Shown here piece after piece: positions 20,590 through 29,072 of a stretch of DNA of 62,937 nucleotides (positions are counted from its first letter, which is position 1; every line of letters starts with the position of its first letter). Under the pieces are notes generated by a model. That model worked only from the letters and a program-made list of their open reading frames with translations. It was not told where the DNA came from and ran no database searches. Made by a program: the position numbers and the translations under genes. The stretch lies in the NCBI GenBank assembly GCA_964416175.1, contig CAYQDF010000007.1, positions 1 to 62,937 on the forward strand. The letters run 5' to 3'. Origin of the DNA: an uncultured Anaerolineaceae bacterium (GTDB taxonomy: Bacteria > Chloroflexota > Anaerolineae > Anaerolineales > UBA4823).

Positions 20590-20697
20590 CGTGAGGGATG
20601 CCAGGTGTGCGGCGCGCCAGGGGGAATCCATGCGCCGCACTGTGATTCAATTCTGAGTTCGATTAGAATAGGGGGAAAATCAACGAGGAGGCGGACT

Positions 20698-20994
20698 GTG
20701 CAAACCTGTTCTCAATGCAACGCCCAGTCAGCAGATGAAGCGGATTTTTGTGTAAATTGTGGGGCGGATTTGAGGAGATATTCAACCACAGCGGTTGCCA
20801 GGCAGAGATTTCAGACCAACCCCAGGGTGAAGCTGATCCGGGTGATCGTGGCTGAGGATGCCTGCCCGGCTTGCAGGCAGTTCGAAGGGTCTTTCGAAAA
20901 GGATGCTGTCCCCATTTTACCGGCGCCCGGGTGCTCCCACCCGCAGGGCTGCCGGTGTTTCTACCAGCCTTGTCTGGAAGAAATTTACCCGTAA
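20698..20994 (+). CDS. zinc-ribbon domain protein (98 aa)
   Basis: GTG 20698 preceded by GAGGAGG. CSQCNAQSADEADFCVNCGADL ribbon plus a second Cys cluster (CPAC...C..GCRC). The longer ORF from 20605 lacks an RBS. Confidence 0.5.
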   Translation: MQTCSQCNAQSADEADFCVNCGADLRRYSTTAVARQRFQTNPRVKLIRVIVAEDACPACRQFEGSFEKDAVPILPAPGCSHPQGCRCFYQPCLEEIYP

Positions 20995-21000
20995 AGAATT

Positions 21001-21071
21001 TAGAAGATATCTCAAAAGGAATGGGAGGGTGGTGTTTATCAGCCGCGGCTGGAAAACACCACAAGAACTTA
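21001..21071. repeat. palindromic intergenic element, copy A
   Basis: tagaagatatctcaaaaggaatggg + core hairpin GTGGTGTTT-[at-CAGCCGCGGCTG-ga]-AAACACCAC. Sits between convergent genes. Confidence 0.7.
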
Positions 21072-22571
21072 TGAGCCGTCCTTGCTGGCGAGCAATGCTG
21101 CTGCGTGGTCGAGCGCCTGATTGCGTGTAGTCACCTCCCCGGCAGCCTGCGCTTCACGGATCGCCTCCAGCAGCCGTCCGAGCTCCGGACCGGGTGCTAT
21201 TCCGAATTCCTTCATCAAATCATTTCCATCTACCAGGGATGGGGGTCGGACGATCTCCTTTGGACCTTCCCACCAGGTCTCCAGCAATGTTCGGATCACG
21301 CCGAGCAGGCGGGTCCAGTGTTCCACTGGCAGAGTCGGGCCATAGGTCGCGGCTACATCGGCCAGGGAGATGAGACAGACATCGACCCCGGCTACGCCTG
21401 TGGAACGAAAAAATCGATAAATCGACCGTCGGCTGATGGCTTCGCCGGCTTCCACCAGCCAGAGCGGCCGCATGTGATGCAGTACGGCCAGCTTCAATCG
21501 ATCGGTCTCAGCCTGGCTGAGGTGCAGGGCATGACCGCGCTGGCTGGCAAGCGCCGCGCCTGTTTTCTCATGCCCGAAGAATCGAATTCTCCCGTTTTCA
21601 TCAACGCTGCGAGTGGCCGGTTTCCCAACGTCATGGTACAGGCACTCCAAAAACAGCAACGGTCTCAAAGTGCGGTCCGGTGTGAAGCGGAATGTCAGGT
21701 GATCGCGAATCTGAGCCCGATACCTGCCCAGCTGCGCAGCTGCTGCTCCCAGGTGGAGGCTGGCGTAGTCCTCTGGATCAGGATCGATGCGGAGTACAGA
21801 GAGGATTCTCTCAAGGTGGTCCAAGGCACTGAGCGAATGTTCCCAGGCATCGAAGATGTGAGGGGGTGGCTGGCTCACGCCTTTCAATTCCTTGAGCTCA
21901 GGCAGTACGTAAGGCAGCGCAGTCAGGAGTTCCAATGATCGTATCGCCGCGGAGGGTCGTGGTCCTCCAAGGATGCGGAACAACTCATCCCGGATCCGCT
22001 CCGCCGAGGGGTGGGCAAGCTGGGGTGCGGCGGCGCGCATCTTCTCGCGGGTGTCCCTGGCGATCCTCAAATCGAGCCCTGTCGCCAGGCGGATCGCCCG
22101 GAGGATGCGGATGGGGTCAGCCTGGAATGTTTCCTCCGAACAGGCGCGGAGGGTTTTCCCGCGCAGGTCAGACAGCCCGCCGAGGGGGTCCAGAAGGCGG
22201 TCGGCGTTCCAAATCTCAATCGCCATTGCGTTGATTGTGAAATCCCGTCCACGCAGATCGGATTCCAACCCTTCACCCTGGTACGGTGTGAAATCAAGGA
22301 TTGTCCGCCCTTCATCCTTTTGGAGCAGAATGACCCGCCCGTAATCTCGATCCTTATCCAGTGGGTAGAAATAACCTCCCAATGCGTCGGCGACCTGGCG
22401 GGCGATTTCGATCCCCCCGGATGGAACGACGAAATCGAAGTCGTTTGATGGTTTTTTGAGCAGCATGTCTCGCACTGCCCCGCCGACGAGGTATACCTCT
22501 TTTTCCGGCGGAATGACCTTGGGCAGGAGCTGCAGAATTGGGTGGAAGGCTTGAAGCTGGGAAGTGAGCAC
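21069..22571 (-). CDS. cca: CCA-adding tRNA nucleotidyltransferase / poly(A) polymerase family with HD domain
   Basis: YLVGGAVRD..DFD nucleotidyltransferase head, RDFTINA motif, and C-terminal HD (YHDVGKP). Confidence 0.8.
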   Translation of the reverse strand: MLTSQLQAFHPILQLLPKVIPPEKEVYLVGGAVRDMLLKKPSNDFDFVVPSGGIEIARQVADALGGYFYPLDKDRDYGRVILLQKDEGRTILDFTPYQGEGLESDLRGRDFTINAMAIEIWNADRLLDPLGGLSDLRGKTLRACSEETFQADPIRILRAIRLATGLDLRIARDTREKMRAAAPQLAHPSAERIRDELFRILGGPRPSAAIRSLELLTALPYVLPELKELKGVSQPPPHIFDAWEHSLSALDHLERILSVLRIDPDPEDYASLHLGAAAAQLGRYRAQIRDHLTFRFTPDRTLRPLLFLECLYHDVGKPATRSVDENGRIRFFGHEKTGAALASQRGHALHLSQAETDRLKLAVLHHMRPLWLVEAGEAISRRSIYRFFRSTGVAGVDVCLISLADVAATYGPTLPVEHWTRLLGVIRTLLETWWEGPKEIVRPPSLVDGNDLMKEFGIAPGPELGRLLEAIREAQAAGEVTTRNQALDHAAALLASKDGS

Positions 22572-22620
22572 GGATTAATATTGAGAGCAGAGCGCTTTGG
22601 GAGCCGCGGGTGAGGGCGAG

Positions 22621-23178
22621 CTACATGGGTGGCCTGTATTTCTCTGGAGCCACAGTGCCAACGAACGGCAGGTTCCGGTAGTACTCATCCAGGTCAAGGC
22701 CGTATCCGAACACAAATTTATCCGGGATGGCGAAGCCACGATAATGGATGGGGACCTGGATCTCCCGGCGTTCGACTTTGTCGAGCAGGGTGCACACGCG
22801 CATCGTCTTTGGATGCCGCGTCGCCAGAAATTCCAGCACCGATGCGATTGTATACCCGCTGTCAACGATGTCCTCCACCAGCAGGACATCTCGTGCCAGG
22901 ATGTTTTCTTTAAGGTCCATGGTGATCCGAACCTGGCCGGTGCTCTTCCGCGCGCCGGCGCCGTACGATGATACAGCCATGAAGTCGATCGTGTGCGGGA
23001 TCGTGATCTGGCGCATCAGGTCTGCCAGGAACAGGACCCCGCCGCGCAGGATGCACACCAGGTGCAAGTCAGCCTCGCGATAATCCCTGCTGATCTGCTG
23101 CCCCAGCTCGGCGATCCTGCGCTGCAGATCTTCCGGCTGGATCAGGATCTCCCCCAGGAATTCATGGTAATCCTGCAT
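22621..23178 (-). CDS. hpt: hypoxanthine phosphoribosyltransferase
   Basis: Start set at ATG 23178 (MQDYHEFLGEILI...). PRPP motif VLLVEDIVDSGYT. 2 nt after the tdk stop. Confidence 0.9.
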   Translation of the reverse strand: MQDYHEFLGEILIQPEDLQRRIAELGQQISRDYREADLHLVCILRGGVLFLADLMRQITIPHTIDFMAVSSYGAGARKSTGQVRITMDLKENILARDVLLVEDIVDSGYTIASVLEFLATRHPKTMRVCTLLDKVERREIQVPIHYRGFAIPDKFVFGYGLDLDEYYRNLPFVGTVAPEKYRPPM

Positions 23179-23180
23179 CT

Positions 23181-23753
23181 TCAACCTTTTGGGACCTCGT
23201 GGTGACGGCGGCAACGCGCTTCGTACAGCTCGGAAGCTCCGATGATGACGACCGGGTCGTCGTACCGGGCAGGTTTACCGTTTACCAGGCGCTGCGTCCG
23301 GGAAGCTTCCTCTCCGCAGACCATGCAGATCGCATGGAGTTTATCTACCCGTTCAGCTTGCGCCATCAGGATCGGCATGGGACCGAAAGGTTCTCCTCGA
23401 AAATCTGTGTCCAGCCCAGCGACGATCACCCGCAGCCCCCTGTCCGCCAGGTTTTGCACGATGGGGATGATTGATGCGTCGAAGAACTGCGCTTCGTCGA
23501 TCGCGATGACGGTGGTGTCCGGCTCCAGGCGCGTGAGGATCTCTTCCACCGACTGGATGGGTTGAGCAGCGAAATCATTGCCGGCGTGCGAGGTCACCTT
23601 GCTATCGGAGTAGCGCACATCGATGGCTGGTTTGAACACCTGGACTTTCTGCCTGGCGATGGTCGCCCTTCTAAGCCTTCGGATTAACTCGTCCGTTTTT
23701 CCGCTGAACATTGAGCCAGCAATGACTTCGACGATGCCGGTATGATGTTTCAT
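23181..23753 (-). CDS. tdk: thymidine kinase
   Basis: P-loop [15 protein letters not shown], and the C-terminal zinc motif C..CG...C..H. Confidence 0.9.
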   Translation of the reverse strand: MKHHTGIVEVIAGSMFSGKTDELIRRLRRATIARQKVQVFKPAIDVRYSDSKVTSHAGNDFAAQPIQSVEEILTRLEPDTTVIAIDEAQFFDASIIPIVQNLADRGLRVIVAGLDTDFRGEPFGPMPILMAQAERVDKLHAICMVCGEEASRTQRLVNGKPARYDDPVVIIGASELYEARCRRHHEVPKG

Positions 23754-23910
23754 GGGCGCGCTTCCCCTTCAGGCCTCGGTGTTCGGTCGTTCGGTGAGTT
23801 CTGGTTGCTGGAGTTATGTTCACCGGTTGGGGAAAAGGCGCTCAGCCTGAGCCTTTCGTGCGATGGAGATCTTGCCATAATGGCATTTTACCTCGAATTG
23901 TTCTCCGGAA

Positions 23911-23944
23911 TAAAAAAAGGCAGGTGCGAAAATCACACCTGCCT
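23911..23944 (-). terminator. intrinsic terminator after rpmE
   Basis: Minus strand: GGCAGGUG-(9-nt loop)-CACCUGCC followed by UUUUUUUA. Confidence 0.7.
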
Positions 23945-23963
23945 CGAATCTGCAGGAGAGGGC

Positions 23964-24437
23964 CTACACCTTGATCTCTTCGGCAGCTTCCGGGAGCTGG
24001 TAACCGAACTGCCGCAGCCGTTTCTTGAGGTCAGCCAGGGATTTCCGGCCAAAGCCTTCGACTGAAAGCAGCGCCTGCTCGCCCAGGGCAAGCCGATCGA
24101 GGACCTGGCCAACCGTGGAGAGACCGGCCCTGGTCAGAGCTTCGGTCGCCCGATTGCCAAGATCCAGCTCGGAAACCGGCCTCGCCGGTGAGGTCCGGGC
24201 TGCTTCGCGGGCTTCCGCTTCTTCGATGAACTGCTGGCGAGCCTGCAGCTTCTTGAAGAACCGGTCGACCTGTCCTTCTGTATCGACGATCCGCTGCTCG
24301 CCAGTGTAGAACGGGTGGCAGTTCGAGCACACGTCGGTGTGGATGATCGGAATCGTCGAACCCGTCGTCCAGGTGTTTCCGCAAGCGCAGATGACCTGCG
24401 CTTCGGGATAAAAAGTCGGGTGAATATTTTGTTTCAT
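23964..24437 (-). CDS. rpmE: ribosomal protein L31 fused to an RNA polymerase alpha-CTD-like HhH domain
   Basis: [10 protein letters not shown]...[10 protein letters not shown] is canonical L31 (about 65 aa). An extra 90 aa ends in [22 protein letters not shown]...[16 protein letters not shown], which resembles the RpoA C-terminal domain. Confidence 0.85.
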   Translation of the reverse strand: MKQNIHPTFYPEAQVICACGNTWTTGSTIPIIHTDVCSNCHPFYTGEQRIVDTEGQVDRFFKKLQARQQFIEEAEAREAARTSPARPVSELDLGNRATEALTRAGLSTVGQVLDRLALGEQALLSVEGFGRKSLADLKKRLRQFGYQLPEAAEEIKV

Positions 24438-24467
24438 ACCAGTCCAATATCCTCTGATCGCCTGCAC

Positions 24468-24728
24468 CTATTCAACCTGGGGGAGCACATTGACTCGTTT
24501 CCTTCCATCGCCCATGGTCTCGTACACCACGATACCATCTGAAGTGGCAAACAGGGTGTCATCGCTCCCGATGCCTACATTTCGTCCGGGCCGGATGCGC
24601 GTGCCGCGCTGGCGGACCAGGATATACCCGGAGAGTACCCGCTCCCCACCGTACACCTTCACGCCCAATCGCTTCGACTTGCTGTCACGCCCATTGCGGC
24701 TGGAACCGCCGCCCTTCTTATGCGCCAT
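24468..24728 (-). CDS. rpmA: ribosomal protein L27
   Basis: [16 protein letters not shown]... canonical N-terminus (ATG 24728). Confidence 0.95.
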   Translation of the reverse strand: MAHKKGGGSSRNGRDSKSKRLGVKVYGGERVLSGYILVRQRGTRIRPGRNVGIGSDDTLFATSDGIVVYETMGDGRKRVNVLPQVE

Positions 24729-25056
24729 TCTTACCTCCAGAACCATCGATGATCGAGTCGACTTTCACTCGAATGTACTTTTGGCGGTGACCGGTCTTCA
24801 CTCGATATCGCTGCTTCGGTTTGTACTTGAACACGGTTATTTTGGGTCCTTTGACTTTTTCCAGGACAGTTGCCTCGACTTTCGCCCCTTCGATATAAGG
24901 GGAACCGATGGATACATTCTGCCCGTCGGAGATCAGGAGCACCCGGTCGAGATCGACCTGTTCACCAACCTCGGCCTCGTAGAGATCGACGTCGATGGTT
25001 TCACCTTCGACTGCTTTATATTGCCTGCCGCCATCTTCGATTATGGCGTATTTCAT
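24718..25056 (-). CDS. rplU: ribosomal protein L21
   Basis: [18 protein letters not shown]... and [17 protein letters not shown]. Overlaps the rpmA start by 11 nt. Confidence 0.95.
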   Translation of the reverse strand: MKYAIIEDGGRQYKAVEGETIDVDLYEAEVGEQVDLDRVLLISDGQNVSIGSPYIEGAKVEATVLEKVKGPKITVFKYKPKQRYRVKTGHRQKYIRVKVDSIIDGSGGKNGA

Positions 25057-25176
25057 GAGAGACCTCCAATCTTCACTTCACCGCAAGTCCGGCAGAAGAT
25101 TTCCCAGGGTTGCAGAACTGCGGGGAAGTTGGGGGTGACAAGGTTATGCCCCAGCTATCTTCGCCGGGGCCAGATA

Positions 25177-25205
25177 ATTATACAGAGGATGCACATCCCT
25201 GTCAA
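25177..25205 (-). promoter_or_regulatory. consensus sigma70 promoter of rplU-rpmA-rpmE
   Basis: Perfect TTGACA (25200-25205) - 17 nt - TATAAT (25177-25182) on the minus strand. Leaves a leader of about 115 nt. Confidence 0.7.
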
Positions 25206-25362
25206 ATGGTTTTTCAAGAAAGTTTGGTGCCCCTCTCTTTCTCCCATCCCCTCGCACCCGAACTTACCGGATGGCAATTGACGAGTGGGGCAGATTTAAA
25301 CGCCCTGTACTCCCATATTGGACCGATGTAAAGCGATTGAAAGGTCGAGCAGGAGTTTCCCA

Positions 25363-25371
25363 TGGTATATT
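25363..25371 (+). promoter_or_regulatory. extended -10 promoter candidate of the cyclase-STAND gene
   Basis: TGGTATATT, 55 nt upstream of ATG 25426. Confidence 0.45.
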
Positions 25372-25425
25372 GATTCTGTTCACCCGGCTTACTCATCCCG
25401 ATCAAAGCCGGGAAGAGGCCAGACG

Positions 25426-28400
25426 ATGCAGTCTGAATGCTTCAAATGCGGATTCACAAATCCTCCCGGCTTAAGATTCTGCGGCAACTGCGGCGCGGCG
25501 CTGAGCGGCGCGCCCGGACAGCTCAGAACCGACAGTACCAGCCTTAGACCACAGGTTTCTTCCCAATTAGAAAAAGGGAGCCTGACCGCAGGTGACGTGA
25601 AGTTGGAGGGTGAGCGGAGAAACGTCACGGTGCTGTTTGCGGACCTGTCTGACTATACTGTGCTGGCAGGGAAAATGGAGGATGAAGCGCTTTACGAAAT
25701 GCTGGGTCTGTTTCTCCGCATGCTGGTCGAAAAGGTCAACCTGTACGAAGGGACCGTGGATAAGATCATCGGGGATGGCGTCATGGCGCTTTTTGGCGTC
25801 CCGGCCGCTCAGGAGAATGCTCCGGAACGGGCAGTCCGTTCTGCAATGGATATGCTCTCCGGGCTTCAGGCGCTGAACCGGGACCTGAGAGCCCGGTTCG
25901 GCGAAGAACTGCTGATGCACGTTGGGATACACACCGGATCAGTCATCCTGGGCGGCGTGGAGACAAAATCCCTGGTGGACTACACTGCCATCGGGGATAC
26001 AGTGAACATCGCCCGCCGATTGCAGGAATCCGCCGCGCCGGGGACGATCCTGGTCAGCGACCGGGTGTTCAGAGCGACGAAATCCATTTTCAATTACAGC
26101 CATCTCCCTTCGCTCCGGGTGAAAGGCATCCCTCAACCGCTCGACACTTACCGGCTCGAAGGTTTTAAAGAACTGCCGTCGAAAAGAAGGGGGATCGAAG
26201 GGCTGTACTCGCCGATGATCGGCCGGAGGGATGAGCTGGGATACCTGCTGCAATCGGTCGCGGACCTGCGAAAAGACCGGCGCGGCCGTTTGATTGTCGT
26301 CACCGGGGAAGCCGGGATTGGAAAGAGCCGGTTGATCGAAGAATTCAAAGAACGGATAACGGGTTTGGATATAACCCTGCTCGAAGGACACAGTCTGACG
26401 TACCGCCGGTCTGCGTCATACTGGATGTTTCAGGACCTGGTGAGAAATATTCTCAAAGTCACATACAACACACCGAAAGCACAGATCAAAGAACGACTGG
26501 CAGCGAAGACCGTGGAGCTGTTCGGAGAATCGGATACGGATTCCCTGCCATTCTTGGAAAACCTGCTCTCTCTTGAGCTGGATGAATCGCGTGGCGCGCA
26601 GCGCCTTATGCTCCTCGAAGCCGAACAGCTCCGCCAGCACACATTCCTGGCGGTCCGCGATCTGCTTAAAATGGAAGCTCGGCGTAAGCCGTTGGTTGTG
26701 ATCCTGGAGGACCTGCATTGGGCGGATGAAGTCTCTCTTGACCTTCTCCGATTCCTGATCCAGGAGATAGACGACACCCCAATATTGTTGCTGAGTGTCT
26801 CACGACCCCTCGAAGAGGGACGCCTGGCAGCGATCGTTGACCTGGGCAGGAAACGCCTCGGCGATCGATGTTCGGTGCTGGAACTATCAGGATTGGACGA
26901 GGATCAGTGTGCGGAGCTGCTCGGACATTTATTAGGGACGGACGCATTGTCCAGTCGATTGAGAGGACCGATAGTTTCCAGGTCAGCTGGTATACCTTTC
27001 TATATAGAAGAAATCCTCCGCATGCTCATCGATCGGCAGCTGCTTTATCAGAGCGAGGGGCAGTGGCGCCTCGCGAACGATTTCGAAAGAGCGGGCCTGT
27101 CTATCCCGGAGACCTTGCAGGACCTGATGATGGCCCGGATCGATCGCCTCGATCCAGATCAGCGGCTGGTGCTCCAGATTGCTTCGGTGATAGGGAGGCA
27201 GTTCAACCTCGACCTGCTCGAATTAGCCCTGAAGAATTTTGAGATCAAACAACTGGATCTGGTGGTTGCCGGACTGGTCGAAAAAGCTTTCATCCTTCCC
27301 CTCTCCAGCGATGACCGTGAATACATCTTCCGCCACGTCCTGACCTCTGACGCCATTTACCGCACGCTGCTCCGGCGAGACCTGTCGAAGTTTCACACGC
27401 TGGTCGGAGAGGCGCTCGAATCATTGTACTCGGACGAACTGGAAAACCACGTCGAGATCCTTGCTTCGCATTTCTTGCGGTCATCGCGGCTCGATAAAGC
27501 TCTGCACTACCTGATCCTCGCCGGGGAGAAATCGGCCGGGGATTACGCCAATGATCAGGCAAACCGGCATTTCTCCGAAGCCAGGCATCTGCTTTCCCTG
27601 GTCGAACACACTCCGGAGCAAGCCCTGCGCGTCCTGGTTGGCCTGGGAGATGTGTTCACTTTTACTGGAGAATACGAAGCGGCGCGAGAGAGCTACCGTG
27701 AAGCTTTGCAGGTGATCGAGTCAACGCAGCCGTTCGCAGATGTGAAGAGGCACAGCGCAGTCCACCGCAAGATTGGGACGACCTATGAGCGCCAGGGTGA
27801 TTTTGACCGGGCGCTCGAGCACCTCGTGGAAGCGAGCAAAGCGCTGGGGAAAACAGCCTTCCTCGCTCCTGGTTCAAAAGCAGAAATATTGAATGATCTG
27901 GGATGGATCTACTTCCTGCGCGGCAATTTCGAAGAAGCGCAGAAAAACCTGATGATCGGATTAAGCCTCGTCGAGGGGACCAGCGATTATAGAATCGTTG
28001 CCTCTATCCACAATCGCCTGGGAGCTGTGGCCTACCAGAAGCGGGATTACGAGGAGGCTGCCAGCCACGTCCGGAAGAGTCTGGCGCTCCGGGAAATGAT
28101 TGGAGATCTGTCCGGGGTGGCGCGCCTTTACAACAATTTAGGCCTGTTGAGCCTGATGGCGGGGGATCTGCGCGAAGCGGAAGAGAATTTCCACAGGAGC
28201 AGCGAACTCCTGGAGAAGCTGGGAGATGCTGAAGGGATCGCCCTCACGAACATCAATATCGGCCTGGTGAAATGCGATCGGGGTCATTTCGAAGCAGCCA
28301 GGATGTTCTTGGAGAAAGCGCGGGCGGTGGCTGACCAGATTGGCCACCGGTTCTATCTGGCCCTCTCCAGCCTGTATTTAGGGCGATTGAATACGTGTTC

Positions 28401-28923
28401 GCAGCAATATGCGGAAGCAGCCAGGTTGTTGAGCGCCAGCCTGGCCCTCTTCGACGAACTCGGTGCACTGGATCACCGAATTGACGGGATGGGATACCTG
28501 GCTGAGAACTGCCTCGCATGGGGAGACTCTGAAGGCGCCCTCCGGTGGAGTCAGACCATGACGGAGGCCATCGCAAACGCTCAAGGGGTGTCTTCGATCA
28601 CCTCCCTCCAAAAAGGACGCCTGCTCCGTACCCAGGGGCGGATCGCTCGTCTCAGGAGAGATTATGAGCTGGCTCAACAGCTCCTTACTGAAGCTTTCGA
28701 GATGTTCCATACTTCCAAGGAGAAACTCGAATCTGGACGGACGTTCTATGAATTGGGGCTTCTGGCGAGAGACCAGGGGAAGCACCATCAATCTCAGCAG
28801 ATGTTGCTTGAAGCCCGTCTGCTGTTCCAGGAGATCGGCGCGGAACACGACCTGAGTATCACCGAGGAGGCGCTCAACACGCCAGCTCTGGCAGGCAGCT
28901 CTGCTGTTTACAAAGCTGCGTAG
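25426..28923 (+). CDS. zinc-ribbon / class III adenylate-guanylate cyclase / AAA(STAND) NTPase / TPR multidomain protein
   Basis: Start at ATG 25426 (MQSECFKCG...FCGNCGAAL). Cyclase core VTVLFADLSDYT...KIIGDGVMALFG. Walker A GEAGIGKSRL. Long TPR C-terminus. Confidence 0.85.
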   Translation: MQSECFKCGFTNPPGLRFCGNCGAALSGAPGQLRTDSTSLRPQVSSQLEKGSLTAGDVKLEGERRNVTVLFADLSDYTVLAGKMEDEALYEMLGLFLRMLVEKVNLYEGTVDKIIGDGVMALFGVPAAQENAPERAVRSAMDMLSGLQALNRDLRARFGEELLMHVGIHTGSVILGGVETKSLVDYTAIGDTVNIARRLQESAAPGTILVSDRVFRATKSIFNYSHLPSLRVKGIPQPLDTYRLEGFKELPSKRRGIEGLYSPMIGRRDELGYLLQSVADLRKDRRGRLIVVTGEAGIGKSRLIEEFKERITGLDITLLEGHSLTYRRSASYWMFQDLVRNILKVTYNTPKAQIKERLAAKTVELFGESDTDSLPFLENLLSLELDESRGAQRLMLLEAEQLRQHTFLAVRDLLKMEARRKPLVVILEDLHWADEVSLDLLRFLIQEIDDTPILLLSVSRPLEEGRLAAIVDLGRKRLGDRCSVLELSGLDEDQCAELLGHLLGTDALSSRLRGPIVSRSAGIPFYIEEILRMLIDRQLLYQSEGQWRLANDFERAGLSIPETLQDLMMARIDRLDPDQRLVLQIASVIGRQFNLDLLELALKNFEIKQLDLVVAGLVEKAFILPLSSDDREYIFRHVLTSDAIYRTLLRRDLSKFHTLVGEALESLYSDELENHVEILASHFLRSSRLDKALHYLILAGEKSAGDYANDQANRHFSEARHLLSLVEHTPEQALRVLVGLGDVFTFTGEYEAARESYREALQVIESTQPFADVKRHSAVHRKIGTTYERQGDFDRALEHLVEASKALGKTAFLAPGSKAEILNDLGWIYFLRGNFEEAQKNLMIGLSLVEGTSDYRIVASIHNRLGAVAYQKRDYEEAASHVRKSLALREMIGDLSGVARLYNNLGLLSLMAGDLREAEENFHRSSELLEKLGDAEGIALTNINIGLVKCDRGHFEAARMFLEKARAVADQIGHRFYLALSSLYLGRLNTCSQQYAEAARLLSASLALFDELGALDHRIDGMGYLAENCLAWGDSEGALRWSQTMTEAIANAQGVSSITSLQKGRLLRTQGRIARLRRDYELAQQLLTEAFEMFHTSKEKLESGRTFYELGLLARDQGKHHQSQQMLLEARLLFQEIGAEHDLSITEEALNTPALAGSSAVYKAA

Positions 28924-28927
28924 ATTC

Positions 28928-29023
28928 TAGAAGCTATCTCAAGAAAAATGGGCGGGGGGTGTTTTTCGGCGGAGCCGCCGCTCAAAAACACCCCAACAAC
29001 CCATTTCTGAGATATCCTCTGCT
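28928..29023. repeat. palindromic intergenic element, copy B (complete)
   Basis: tagaagctatctcaagaaaaatggg ... GGGGTGTTTTT-CGGCGG-ag-CCGCCG-ctc-AAAAACACCCC ... cccatttctgagatatcctct. The left arm matches copy A at 21 of 25 positions. Confidence 0.75.
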
Positions 29024-29072
29024 TCAAGTCAAGGTGGTTGAGACTGGAGCATCGTATTTCCAGTCCTGATCA

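Noticed and set aside
20605-20697. N-terminal 31 codons of ORF 20605..20994
   Set aside because: There is no RBS at 20605. A strong GAGGAGG precedes GTG 20698, and the zinc-ribbon module begins right after it, as in the other two ribbon-bearing proteins.
28956-28994. Classical bidirectional intrinsic terminator between the cyclase and the protease
   Set aside because: The T-run precedes and the A-run follows the GC stem on both strands, so no 3' U-tract is produced in either direction. It was treated instead as the core of a repeated palindromic element.
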